Shown here: in pieces, positions 1 through 12,023 of the stretch
How positions within the stretch are numbered: the stretch's first letter is position 1
Layout of the letters: each line of letters opens with the position of its first letter
Assembly (NCBI RefSeq): GCF_009914755.1
Contig: NC_060934.1
Reading direction: 5' to 3' (one strand)
Length of the DNA stretch: 64,000 nt
Origin: the human T2T-CHM13v2.0 reference genome, Homo sapiens
Translations under genes and position numbers: made by a program
The notes under the pieces: model-generated
Seen by the model: the letters and a program-made list of their open reading frames with translations, nothing else
Told to the model about the DNA's origin: nothing
Databases searched by the model: none

Positions 1-840
1 TCCTGAGCCAGGGGCCATGCTTGGTGTGTCTCCTTTGACTGAAGTCACAGGACTGTTCCACCCAGAACAGCAGGGTTGGGGGAGCCTGGGCACCAGCATG
101 TCTTGGGAGGGCTGAGCCCCAGGCCAGGGCAGGGGTGCCCCATGTCACCATCCCTCAGCCCAGCATGGCAGACTGACCATTTGCCTCAGTTTCTCTAATG
201 CCATCTGCTCTTCACCTGAGTCAAGGGGATAAACAATTTAGAAAAACAAAGCCCCCGAAAAATGCAATCTCAGCATTAGGCATGGTGTTATAATAGAGAC
301 AGCATACAAGAGACTGAATTCTAGAAGCTGCAATCAACAGGCCGACTCCCTCCCCAGGGGCATCAGGGGCTGCCGGGGGTATCTTGGGCCCACTTATGCA
401 CGGGCATTTCAGGGGTCACAGGAGGTGAAAAAGCAGGCTTGGCTTCAGGTTTAAGGACCAAGAGAGACTCACCATGCTGTTGCCCCAAATGGTCACTTTC
501 AAACCCACCAGTGTCCTCCAAAAAAGCTGCTTATATTTTTAAACACCAGGGTCAAATGTTTTAACAATAAATTCTTGTCCCGCAGTGAATAATTTGCTTT
601 AGTTTCTGTGGGATTAGTAGTCATGGAAAGCTAGAGCTTTCCTTGCCTGTACTAACTGTCACTTCTGATGCACTAAGGACAGGATTAGGTACAGCCAGAT
701 GACATTTATATACAACAATTTTTCTGCTAATAAAATACCCTACAGATTCTTATGCAGCCCCAGCTTCACATGTCAGAGACTGAAAATAGCTCTAATCCTG
801 ACTCTCCCTCCACCCCCAGAATGAGAAGAGCATCTTTTTA

Positions 841-945
841 ACCCCCATTTAACAGTAGAGGAAGCCGAGGTTCAGAGATGGCAGCAGGGAGATCCCTGAC
901 TCCCATGGCCAGCCGAACAGGGACTGAAACCCAGGTCTACCCTCG
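841..945 (-). mobile_element. MIR SINE fragment
   Basis: cccccatttaacagtagaggaagccgaggttcagag resembles the reverse complement of the MIR core. Confidence 0.6.
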
Positions 946-1993
946 GGGAGGTGACAGGCACCCTCCCACCCTCCTCCCTCTTTCCTTTGAAGGTTCATTT
1001 CCAGATCTTGCCCTGGGTTGAAGCAAGAGATAGTTAAAAAAAAAAAAAAAAAAGAGTAAGATGAGGCCTCACCATTCCCAGAACACACTTAGCTTACATT
1101 TTCAGGTGTTGGAAGCCCCGGAGCCTCACAGGGGACCACGCCCACTGCCAGGAGCTGCAGCGATTCCCCTTTTGTGGTCAGGGAGGCCTTGGAGCCCTGG
1201 GTGACCCTGTGACTTCCCAGGCTGCAGGTGGGATTGAGCCAGGCACTGCGCACGCAGCACTGTGAGCCGCTGGCCCAGGCCAGGCTCCAGAGATGGGAGC
1301 TCCGCGGGTTCACAGTCGTCTGTGACAGCAGAGCTGAGGGGAGGACGCAGACCCTGGCCTGACCTTGGGCTACCTCTCAGGGTTAGGCCACTGCCTCTGC
1401 TGCAGACCCAGGCGGCGCCCAAAGCCTGGGCGTCCCTCCGCTGCAGTGAAAGGGAAAAGAAAACCGGGCTGCGGTAATGCCTGGAGCCAAAATCTCAGGG
1501 AGAAGCCCAGCTCCCGACACCTACCCTCTTAAAGTGCAGTTGGATTGAATGAGGCTAAAGGAAGTAACAGGAACCCCGGCCTGGAGGAAGGAGCACGTGC
1601 TATAGGCCTCAGAGGGTGGCAGAGGAGGTCTGCAGGGGCGAGAATCTCGGACAGAGCCGAGGCACAGGTGAGCGGTGCCCGGCACAGCAGCCTGGTAGAT
1701 GGGATCGGGGCGGACAGCGGGGGAGAGCGGAGAGGGGTCCGCCTGGGTTCACACCCCAACACCCACCAGGAGCCCCTGGGAACCAGTCAGGCCCCCAGCC
1801 CAATCCCAGTTTCCCCAGGCCACTGCTGGAACAAAAAGCCTCACTGCAGACAATGGGCCCTTTCTGTAGATGCCCGCTCGGGGCTGGGCACAATCGCCGA
1901 TTCATAAGCCAGGCAAGGCCCCACAATACCCAGGCTGTGTCCAAGAAGGACACCGACGGGAACTCGGAGAGGCCAGTGTCTTTGGTGGGGAAA

Positions 1994-2009
1994 GGCTGCC
2001 CCCTGGTGG
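1994..2009 (-). promoter_or_regulatory. CTCF consensus motif (reverse orientation)
   Basis: ggctgccccctggtgg; reverse complement CCACCAGGGGGCAGCC matches CCASYAGRKGGCRS. Confidence 0.6.
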
Positions 2010-2161
2010 TCCACAGGGGCAGTGCGCATGACCAGGGCTCCCAGACTTCAGGCAAGGATGATGGAGGAGAGACACGGCTTAGAAGTCATCCCACCATATG
2101 GACGGGGAAACTGAGGCCCAGAGACATGCAGAGACTTGGCTCGGACTGTTTTCTTCAATGT

Positions 2162-2286
2162 GAGATAGGATTTGAAGGGGGAAAGTGAAGGAGTTATTTC
2201 ACCTGATGTGTTAAGTGCGGAGTGAGGTAGGTGGGATTTAGAGGGGAAAGCGAAGAAGGAGTTATTTCACTCAAAGTGCGGAGTGA
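2162..2286 (+). repeat. Imperfect tandem duplication, two units of about 62 bp
   Basis: Shared cores gaaggagttatttcac and aagtgcggagtga occur in both 2162-2225 and 2226-2286. Confidence 0.75.
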
Positions 2287-2315
2287 CGAAGATGAAGGAA
2301 CACGAGGTAGCCGGG

Positions 2316-2518
2316 CAGTGGGTGCTGAGTTGGCTGACACTGGCTTCCTTCCAGAGCGCAGGGGTGCATCCTTCCGAACCTCGCATTCAGTGACGTCACC
2401 TTGGTGATTTGAAGTAGGCCCTGGTGGAAGTATTTACACCATGGACATCAGCAAATGCAACCAAGACCTCCCGCTACCCTGGAGAGCTGGGTTTAAGACA
2501 TTTGCCAGCACACCACTG
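2316..2518 (+). mobile_element. MER63A-like hAT-Blackjack MITE
   Basis: Termini cagtgggtgctg...cagcacaccactg; internal cagtgacgtcac...gtatttacaccatgga matches the recalled MER63A consensus. Confidence 0.75.
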
Positions 2519-2624
2519 CCCAGGGACCAGTCTCAGCTCCAGAGCTGTGGGTTATTGGTAAAGGATGTGATTTCATTGAGCCTCAGTTTCTGTATCTGTA
2601 AAGCAGGAATCTATCACTTATGAA

Positions 2625-3230
2625 ATATCCTGTGCAGGCACAATCTTAGGTGTGGAGGATACAATACAACGTAAGTAAGATAAAAGTATCCACCTGTGTG
2701 GAGCTTGTATTTTGGTGGGGAGACAAACAAGGGAACTATAATGATATGTCATGTCATAATACATGCAATGATGACAAAGCCAGGTGAAAAGGCGATGATG
2801 GTCATTAAGTTCAAGATGGGGAGGGGTTGGGGTGAGGGCTGGCCTGTCTGAGGAGGGGCATTTGCAGTGCTGGAGCAAGCCATGGAGGACAGGAATTGCT
2901 CCAGTCAGAGGAACAGCAAGGACAAGGGGCCCAAGACGGCATGTACTAGAGGCTCCACGCATAGAAAAAGCCAGCCATCCCCAGCGCTGTAACTGAGTGG
3001 CCAGTGGTGGGAGGTGAGGTCACAGACGCGGAGGGGGCATACATGGGGTGAGCGTTTCAGTCTCAAAGTATGGACAGCCCCAGGGGCTTTTGCAGAACAA
3101 AGTGATAAGATCTGATTTGCCATTTAAAATAATCCTTCTGAGTTCCTGTGGGGTAAAAGACTGGAGAGGAGGGTGTGTGAGGTGGGGCCAGGAGCCCAGG
3201 GAGCTAGGTCGGGGCCCCTCTGCTAAGTGA
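2625..3230 (-). mobile_element. L2 LINE 3' region
   Basis: cagaggaacagcaaggacaagggccc and gataagatctgatttgccatttaaaataatc are typical antisense L2. Confidence 0.7.
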
Positions 3231-3883
3231 ACAGGGGAGAACAGTGCCTTGTGGTTTCCTGGCATTTAAAGTGGAGGCTTTAAGGTACATGGGTGCCTCA
3301 CATCTTCAGGCATTCCAGACGCCGCTTCCTCCCGCTCCTGATTGTACAATAACCTTTACCCTCTGTGGGGTATCATTCTGTGTGCATTCATCCTCATCTG
3401 GGTCATGTCTCCCACTTACTTGGTGACGACCTGGGGCTTAGAGATACTGTGGAGCCTGCTCAGGGGACACAGCCAGTGAGCAGACACTCAGTCTCTCAGG
3501 TTCCAGGCCAGTGGGGTGTGGTCTTGGAGGGTCTGGCTGGTCAGAGTCCCTAATCGGCACCCAGCTCTGGGCTTCCTTTCCACACCTCCCATGCCTCTCT
3601 CCATGCAGCTCTTTCCCCAGCTACTGAGACCTTCTGGGCCCTTTCCCTCATCACCGCTCCCTGCCTAGGACCCTTCCAACTTCCTCAATTTCCAACAGGA
3701 GTGAATAATCAGGAGGCTTCCTCCTGGGGGATGCCTTTACCTGGATGGGCCTGCCTCAGGCTGTTCTACCTGAATCCATTAACTCCTGAACCATAAACCA
3801 CAAATTCCCCAGGGCAGGAGTCGTGTTCATCTCTGTGGACTTGAGGGTCTGGCCCTGAGTAGCGGCTTGCACGTGTTGTTAGC

Positions 3884-4285
3884 AATAATGACAGCTGGGC
3901 TTATGATGCAGGTACTGTGTCACGCAAGGTGCTGAGTGCTTTACCTGTGGTGTCTTATTTGACCTTCACAAGCACCCTGAGAGGAAGTTAAGGATATTAT
4001 CCTTTTCAGCACTGGGTACGTTATTTGTTGGGGACAATGCAAGATAAAAATGTGGAGCCCCTTGTTAAAGATTGTTAAGAATTATTAACAAATTATTTAA
4101 AATTTATTAAGAATTTCAACAGCAGAGCATTCAAGCAAGCATGGGTCCATCTAAGTATGACTGTGCAGGTTGAATGCCTATGAAGTAAACTCTGTCCCCA
4201 TTTTAAGATGAAGAAACTGAGGCTCAAGGAGGTTAAGTAATGTCCCTGGGGGTCATGCAACTAGGAAACAGCAAAGTTGAGATCT
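3884..4285 (-). mobile_element. MIR, interrupted by MER45A
   Basis: One MIR part ends at tattatcctttt and resumes at tccccattttaagatgaagaaactgaggctc after the insert. Confidence 0.7.
4007..4194 (-). mobile_element. MER45A-like hAT-Tip100 MITE
   Basis: aaaatgtggagccccttgtt...aagaatttcaa...cagcagagcatt...ctgtgcaggttgaatgcctatgaag matches the reverse complement of recalled MER45A. Confidence 0.7.
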
Positions 4286-4305
4286 GTGTTCTTTATTACA
4301 GTCTT

Positions 4306-4723
4306 TGTAATAGTTAATTTTATGCATCAACTTGACTGGATCACAGTGTGCCCAGATATTTGATCAAACATTATTCTGAGTGTTTCCGTGACAATGTTTT
4401 TGGATACAATCAACATTTATTTAATTGGTTGAAGACCTGAATAGAACAAAGAGTTCAATTCTCTCAAGTAAGAGAAGTCCTCCTGTCTGACTACTTCAGA
4501 ATTGGGACATTGGCTTTTTCCTGCCTCTACACTACAACTACACCATCAAGCCTTCAGACATGGAAAGGAACCACACTATTGGCTCTCCTCGGTCTTCAGC
4601 TTGCCAACTCAATGCAGATCTTTGCATTTGTCAGCCTTATAACCATGTGAGCTAATTCCCTAAAATAAATGTCCTCATTTAAATGTATTTCCTATTGCTG
4701 TTTCTCTAGAGAACTCTAATACA
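4306..4723 (+). mobile_element. MLT2 (ERVL) solo LTR
   Basis: Starts tgtaatagttaattttatgcatcaacttgactgg and ends ctctagagaactctaataca (TG...CA). Confidence 0.85.
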
Positions 4724-4847
4724 ACCCCATACAAAAGTACACCACACTAGAAGAATTGGGTTAAATCGAATTACAAAAAAAAGAAGAAGATTAAACTCAT
4801 ATGCTCATAATTTGGGACTTTCATGTTTGTAATTATCTGCTAAATTC

Positions 4848-5300
4848 CCTCAATGGCCCATTTCATAGAAGAGCAGAACTCCATGGCTCCTAAGACTCTA
4901 TGTGCCCCTCAGTCTGTTGCCACCAGGCCTCTTCTCTTGCAACTCTCATGCTCATTGACACATTCCAGCCATGCTGGCCTCCTTGATACTCCTCAACAGG
5001 CCAGGCAGGTCCTGCCTCAGGGCCTTTGCATGTGCTGTGCCTCTGCTTGGACTGCTCTTCTCCCACATCTCCACATGGCTGCCTCCCTCCCTCCCATCTT
5101 TACTAAGCTGCTGCCTTCCTTGGGAGCTCATTCTGGCCTCTCCATCTCATATGCTCCACCCCTTCACCAGGCTCCCCATCCCCCCTGCCGCCTAGCTCTT
5201 ATCACCACCTGAGAGGACAGATTTCACTTCTTTTTCTTGTTATTTGTAAGCTCTATCTCCAAGACCTAGAACAGCGGTAAACATGGGAAGTAATTATTTG
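4848..5300 (+). mobile_element. L2 LINE 3' region
   Basis: cctgcctcagggcctttgcatgtgctgtgcctctgcttgg is the hallmark L2 segment. Confidence 0.8.
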
Positions 5301-7037
5301 TGCATAATTAAACAGTTGAGGAAGGGACCTTGGCCCAAACTGATGATGCTGTTTCGAGTGTGCACCCTTCTGCTGGCCCATATCTGCTGGCCCAGCCTGG
5401 AGACCAGGAAGCTGCCCAAGGTGATTGAGTCACTCGAACAGCTGCCCCTGCCAGGGAAGGAATGTGCCAGATTCCACTCCCCCAGCATCCTCCAGGGCCC
5501 CAGTACTTGAAGGCAAGGCTGCCTCCAGGTCCTGATAATCATAGACTCCTGAGAACTAAAGACCAGCCTGGCTCTGGGAAGAGTCTTAGACCCCTACACA
5601 CCTGGGGATGTTCTAAGGTCTTTCTAGCTACAAAAGAGTCCGTCTCCTATGTCCTATGAAAGACCCTCCCCAAGGGCTGTAGGACTTTGAGGGTGGGTTT
5701 TTAGCTTCCTGGTCTAGCGCTGCCCATGCCAAAGGACCTTGATCTTGTTCTCCAAGAAACACTGGACCAGTCCTTTTCAGTAGGCCCAGGTATTCGCTCC
5801 TCTGTGTCTGGGAGACCTGGGCCTCGCCCCTTGGACCCAAAATGGCAAGAAGAGGCAGCTCTGCAGTGCCTTTGATGTTGCAATGTCATCTTACCGGCAG
5901 TCCCTGTAGACATGCAGTATTGGCCTGCACCATCAACTCCTGCCTGCCAAAGGGCATGTGGCTTGGGACTGGTTTGCAGGCACTGAGCCTATGATGGGAC
6001 ATTGGGCTCGGTCTCCTTGTTGGGTCTGTTTTCCCAGACCATACTCCAAGTTTCTGAGTCCCCCTACTCATTCTGTCTGTCCTGCCCTTCCTGGCTCTGT
6101 GGTCGCTGGAGAGGAGAGGGCACGCCTCAGAATGCCAGCACCAGAGGGGCCTGCAGGATCTTCCAGCCCACAGGAATCCCAGGCCCCAAGAAGCAAAGTG
6201 ACCAGCCAGAAGCCCCAGGGCCAGCGCTGGGCAGGCTGGACCCCCGAGTGACTGGGTCATAACACTCCTCTGCTCTCCGTACCTTCCACTGTCCATGAGG
6301 GGAGGTATGAGGTCAGGAGTTTTCAAAAGTGTTGTTTAAGCAGCTGAACATTTTTATTCAAAGTAAAACTAACATGAAAGCGAATCTACAAATCAGATAT
6401 GATGGTTAATTTTATGTGTCAACTTGACTGGGTTAAGGGATGCTCAGCTGGCTGGTAAAATACTTTCTGGGTGCATCTATGCGGGTGTTTCCAGAAGAGA
6501 TTCGCAGGTGAATCAGTGGACAGAGTAAGGCAGCTCCACCTTCAGCTCAGGCAGCATCCTACACGTTGAGGGCCCGGACAGAACAAAAAAGGCAGAGGAA
6601 AAGTAAGTTCTCTCTCTTCCGAAGTTCAGGTATCCACCTTCTCCTGGCCCCAGACATCAGAGCTCTAGGACCTTGGGCCTTCAGACTCCAAGACTTACAC
6701 CAGTGGCCCCAGTTTTCAGGCTTCTGACAGAGTTGCATCATTGGCTTCAGACCCAGCTGAATTCCACACCAATTTCCTGGTTCTCCAGCCTACAGATGGC
6801 AGATTAAGGGATTCCTCGGCCTCCATGAGCACATGAGCCAATTTCCATAATAAGTCTCCTCTTATGTGTCTGTAGTTGACCCTTGAACAACACAAGTTTA
6901 AAGGGCATAGGTCCACTTACTTGCAGATTTTTTTTCGACAAATATATTGAAAAAATTTTTGGAGAATTTACGACAATGTGAAAAAACTGGAAGATAAACC
7001 ACATAGCCTAGAAATATTGGAAAAAATAAGAAAAAGT

Positions 7038-7344
7038 GGCCAGGTACAGTGTGGCTCATGCCTGTAATCCCAGCACTTCGGGAGGCTGAGGTGGGACAAT
7101 TACTTGAGTCCAGGAGTTTGAGACCAGGTTGGGCAATGTGATGAAACCCTGTCTCTACAAAAAATACAAGAATTAGCTGAGTGTGGTGGCACATGCCTGT
7201 AGTAGCCACAGCTACTTGGGAGGCTAAGGAGGGAGAACCACTTGAGCCCAGGAGGTCAAGGCTGTAGTGTGCTGTGATCGCGCCAGTGCATTCCAGCCTG
7301 GGTGACAGAGCAAGACCCTGTCTTTAAAACAAAAAAAAAAAAAA
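7038..7344 (+). mobile_element. AluJ
   Basis: Full dimer with A tail; cccaggaggtcaaggctgtagtg is J-type. Confidence 0.9.
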
Positions 7345-7361
7345 TCAGATAAAGTGAGGTA

Positions 7362-7880
7362 TGTATTAGTCAGGGTTCTCTAGAGGGACAGAATAGGATA
7401 GATGTATATATAAAGGGGAGTTTATTAAGGAGTATTGACTCACACGATCACAAGGTGAGGTCTGACAATAGGCCGTCTGAAAACTGAGGAGCAAGGAAGC
7501 CAGTCCAAGTCCCAAAACCTCAAAAGTAGGAAAGCCAACAGTGCAGCCTTCAGCCGATGGTTGAAGGTCCAAGAGTCCCAAAGCTGAAGAACTTGGAGGC
7601 CAATGTTTGAGGGCAGGAAGCATCTAGCATGGGAGAAAGATGTAGGCCAGGAGACTCGGCCTTTAGAATGTGGAGACTCTAGTCTTTCCACATTCTTCTG
7701 CCTGCTTTTATCCTAGCCACACTGGCAGCTGATTAGATGGTGCCCACCCAGATTGAGGGTGGGTCTGCCTCTCCCACTCCACTGACTCAAATGTTAATCT
7801 CCTCTGGCAACACCCTCACAGACACACAATACTTTGCATCCTTCAATCCAATCAAGTTGACACTCATATTAACCATCACA
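7362..7880 (-). mobile_element. MLT2A (HERVL) solo LTR
   Basis: tgtattagtcagggttctctagagggacagaa ... caagttgacactcatattaaccatcaca, flanked by ggta on both sides. Confidence 0.9.
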
Positions 7881-8149
7881 GGTATATTAATGTATAAAAT
7901 ATATGTAGATGCTAGGCTATTTATGTATTAATCAACTGTCTATGTTATTGAGAAGACTTCTGGTTGGCAGTAGGCTATTAGTAGTTAAGCTTTTGGGAAG
8001 TCAAAAGTTATATGCAGATTTTTAACTGCAAGAGGGATTGGTGCCCCTCACCCTGGAGTTGTTCAAAGGTCAACCTTGTATATATTCTGTGGTTATGTTC
8101 CTGTGGAGAACCCTGAGTAATATACCAGATAATGGTAAATGATCATAAA

Positions 8150-8330
8150 AGAGCCCAATGAATTTGGTGGATGCTATGTGCCGGACACTGTCGAGTCCTC
8201 CTTACTGCCACCCCATGCATGGGGACCATCATTATCCCCATTCTAGAGAGAGACAGGAAAGCCCAAAGTGGCAAGAAACTTGCCCAAGAGCACAGAAGCA
8301 AAGCTGGGGTCCTAACACAGTCAAATGATT
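8150..8330 (-). mobile_element. MIR
   Basis: ctatgtgccggacactg and attatccccattct...acttgcccaag. Confidence 0.6.
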
Positions 8331-8549
8331 CCCTTCGAGGGGCTGGCTTTCCTGAAATCATGGGGGAGGGGCTACCCTGGAACCGCCCCCACCATGGCAG
8401 CTCCGAGGTCCTCAGAACATAGTCTGAAAGCCCCCCGTCCTGCCCCACCCCACCACCCTCCAGCACTGTCCTGTGTCATCTCACCAGCTTAGCTCTGCAA
8501 AGGAAACCCTCTCTGCTTGCGTTTTAAATTCTGTGTGTGACATCAGATC

Positions 8550-8700
8550 GTGTGCATTCTTCCACCATGAGGTTTTTTTCACTCAGCATTGTTGATGAGA
8601 TTTATCTGAGTTGACACGTGTAGTTCTGGTTCCAGCATTTTTACTGCTGTATAGTATTCCATTATATGACATTTCCACATTGTACCCATTCTCTTGGGTA
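8550..8700 (-). mobile_element. Old L1M 3' UTR fragment
   Basis: tttcactcagcattgttgatgagattt...actgctgtatagtattccatt. Confidence 0.6.
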
Positions 8701-9378
8701 AAGGTTGATTTTTAAAAGTTGACATTGATAAAATCCCTAATAGCTCTTTTCAGCTCCATATAGGGTGTCTTTTTCTCCCCGCCAGCTCTGCCAGCACCTT
8801 CTATGCCCTGCACACTCCTAATGACCATAATTCCTGATCCCCACCTGTCATCTCATCCCCACTGAGGGAGGTGGCCTCTGGACAGAGGGGAGGCAAACCT
8901 TCCCCACCTGGGCAGCACCTGGCCAACTGCCTGTAGGGTTGGAGGACTTGGTGCATTTGCCCACCTAGGGACAAAACGCAAGGCTGAGGCCAGGGCAACG
9001 CATTCTCTGCGCCCTGTAGGAAGTCAAGGGAGGCCTCCCTCCCTGCAGCTGACATTTAGGGCATCTCTTTGAAAGGCAGAGGGTGGCTGAGGTGCTATGC
9101 TCTTCCCTGACAGGCAGCGAGAGCATTATTTCCCCACGATGAGCTAAGTATGGTGTTGCTGCCATCCTGGAGGTTGGGTGGGAAGGGCTGGGGATGAAGA
9201 AATAAGCTGACAGTCATGGTTTCTAAAGCAAACACATGAAAGTTTATCAACAAGAGAATGGATAATTTGCGAGTTTCATGTAATGGAATGCTTATTGCAG
9301 TAAAAATGGTTGAACTTGAACTACATGTATCTACTGAGATCAATCCCATAAACAATGTTGAAAGAGAAAACCTAGTTA

Positions 9379-9684
<306 letters not shown>

Positions 9685-10616
9685 TTATGAAATAATGTAT
9701 ATTATTTATAATAAGCTGCAAAAATGTGTGGGATTAAATAGCATCTGATTCAGGTTAAAAGAGGTCATCTGCGGTGTGGAAGGCAGGAGGTGGCTGGTGT
9801 AGGAACACTGGTGGTTTTAATGCGTATGCAATGTTTTATTTCTTATGCTGGGTGATAGGTTTGTACTTACTTATTATATTTGTTCTTAAACCTTTTAGTA
9901 TCTTGAATAAAGTATAGCCTTTTTGTTTTAAGAAAGACAGGTAAGAAGGAGAAAAAAACAAAAAAAAAAAAGGAAAAGGGAATATGTTAAAATCAGAAAC
10001 AGATTCACCTTCTCTAACTGCTGAATTGTTCAGACGCAGAGCAATGGAGTATTCTCTGCAGCAGAGGAGCGTCTGCCTATGTCCACACCTCCGGACAGTA
10101 CCCGTAAACTTAGGCATTTGTGCAAATCCACTCCAACAGTGAACGTTGCCTGCAATACACAGCAGACCAGACTCATCCCGGCGGGGTGATGAAGCACACA
10201 TAAACCCCATTATCCAGCTATTTCAGCTACTTGGCTTCTGGAAACTAACAACGACTCCTCTCTTTTTTTCACTGTCGTCTTGAAAAGTCTACACAGGGAT
10301 TGCCCCGCCTGCTGAAACTCTAACAGGTGGCACAAGAACGTTCACTCGGAGTCTATTTAGAGCATAAGCTGCTATTTACCTTTGTCCACACTATTTACTC
10401 CATACCGGCTGAGAAAGAATTTTGATGTCAAAGACTGACACCTGAATTCCATCAATTTTCCCATTTTCTTTCTGGGCCAACCATGTCCAATTGGCCTGTG
10501 CAAGCAGTCGAGGAGGGGACTGTGATGGCGGCCCCGCTCTAGCCAGTCTGCTCTCCACGTTTTCATCCTGAGAGCGCAGCTGGTAGATCTATTTCCAGGG
10601 CATCCTGCAGCGGGCG

Positions 10617-10828
10617 CGTGAGTCACGAAATCAGTCACACAAATGACCCACCACATATAAAAAAGCCACCAATACATCAACAGGCCTTAAAACAGAGCAG
10701 CAGTTGCAATAGCTCCTAGATCAGCGGCAGTAAGCAGCAGAGGCGGCCAGCACAGACCCCGGGAGCAGGCCAGGCGGGCGCTGTGCTGCTGATTTATGCC
10801 TCCACTTCATTCTCTATTCAAGGTATGA
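10617..10828 (+). promoter_or_regulatory. Candidate TATA promoter or enhancer with possible first exon
   Basis: AP-1 TGAGTCA 10619-10625, TATAAAA 10656-10662, GC-rich leader, donor-like AAG|GTATGA at 10822/10823. Confidence 0.35.
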
Positions 10829-11145
10829 AACTTTCTGAACAGCAGATGCTAAAAAATGAAAAAAGATTGCCATAACAATATGAAAGCAGGGTGCCGGGCT
10901 ATCAAGAGAGGAATATTTATGTCCCTAGGGAGATCATTCTCACAACATCTTATCCATGTGTCATCTGGCAGGGCATGCGGGGCGGGTGGATGGTGGGAGA
11001 AGTGGCCACTTCGCCCCCTGCAGCACATCAGTGAGAGCCAGTCCTGCTCCAATCGGAGGTCCCCTTGTCATAGGCCTGTCCCCAACATGTACAGGACCCC
11101 TCCATTTGATGTCACTGAAGGAGTTGATCAATAGTTCTCTTAGAC

Positions 11146-11300
11146 TTGGCATCTGAAGACCGGTTTCAAGTCCCAGCTATGCCTTTTAGCTGTGTGACAT
11201 TGGGCCAGCCATTTGCCCTTTCTGAGCCTCGGTTTCCCCATCTGTACAATAGATTCAGTGATCCTTGGCTCACAACGAGATGGAGACCTGGATACAAACA
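11146..11300 (+). mobile_element. MIR
   Basis: tagctgtgtgacattgggc...ctgagcctcggtttccccatctgta. Confidence 0.8.
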
Positions 11301-11577
11301 TGCTCTGAAAACGGAACGTGCCCAGGGAGCCATGGGAGGACCACACACAGAGGACTGAAGAGCAAATTCTCCCTCCTCTTTTTGCAAACCTGTTGACCTG
11401 GAGAGGCTCTGCTGGAGGCCAGGAGGAGGGAGGGTGATGGAGCACTGAGAATTAGCAGCACTGGGGCATCTGGCCATGTCTAGACCATCAGGAGAGGGGG
11501 TTGCTTCGGGCTCCAGGTAGAGCCTCATGCTGGATCCTTTCCAGCTAGACTCCAGGGGTATCGGGGGACAGAGTGGC

Positions 11578-12023
11578 AGCTGTGAGTTGAATTGTGTCTC
11601 CCTGAAAGATCTGTTCAAGTCCTAATCTCGATACCTGTGAATGTGATTTTATTCGGGAATACAGTCTTTGCAAATGTAATCAAGTTAAGTTGAGGTCATA
11701 TTGGGTTTGATGGTCATTAAATCAAATAAATGAAGTCCTTTAAGAGAAAGGAGAGGGTGATTCAGACACAGAGATACAGATATGCAGAGGGAAGACCGAG
11801 ACCATGTGGAGCGAGGCAGAAAGTGGGGTGATGCATTTACAAGACAAGGATTGCAGGCAAGCACCAGAAACGAAGAGGGAAGCAAGGAAAATCCTCCCCG
11901 GGAGCCTTCAGAGAGAGCATGGACCCACAGGATTGGACTTCTGGCCTCCAGAAACAACATTCTGTTGTTTGAAGTCCCTCCATGTCTAGTAATTTGTTAT
12001 GGCTGCCCTCGGAAGCTAACACA
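11578..12023 (+). mobile_element. MLT1C-like MaLR solo LTR
   Basis: gttgaattgtgtctccc...acctgtgaatgtga...ggacttctggcctccaga...ggaagctaacaca. Confidence 0.85.

Larger units (their letters stand above)
6873..8078 (+). mobile_element. Tigger2-family (TcMar-Tigger) non-autonomous element, split
   Basis: Terminal inverted repeats tagttgacccttgaacaac ... gttgttcaaaggtcaacc, followed by TA. Confidence 0.8.
6398..8124 (+). mobile_element. Older MLT2 (ERVL) LTR split by nested insertions
   Basis: 5' part tatgatggttaattttatgtgtcaacttgactggg (6398-6872); 3' part ggagaaccctgagtaatata (to 8124); flanks tcaga/ccaga form a TSD with 1 mismatch. Confidence 0.8.

Noticed and set aside
1545-2188. Overlapping 120-190 aa ORFs in a GC-rich region
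   Set aside because: The longest starts at GTG and runs into a MIR; no recognisable homology or exon structure
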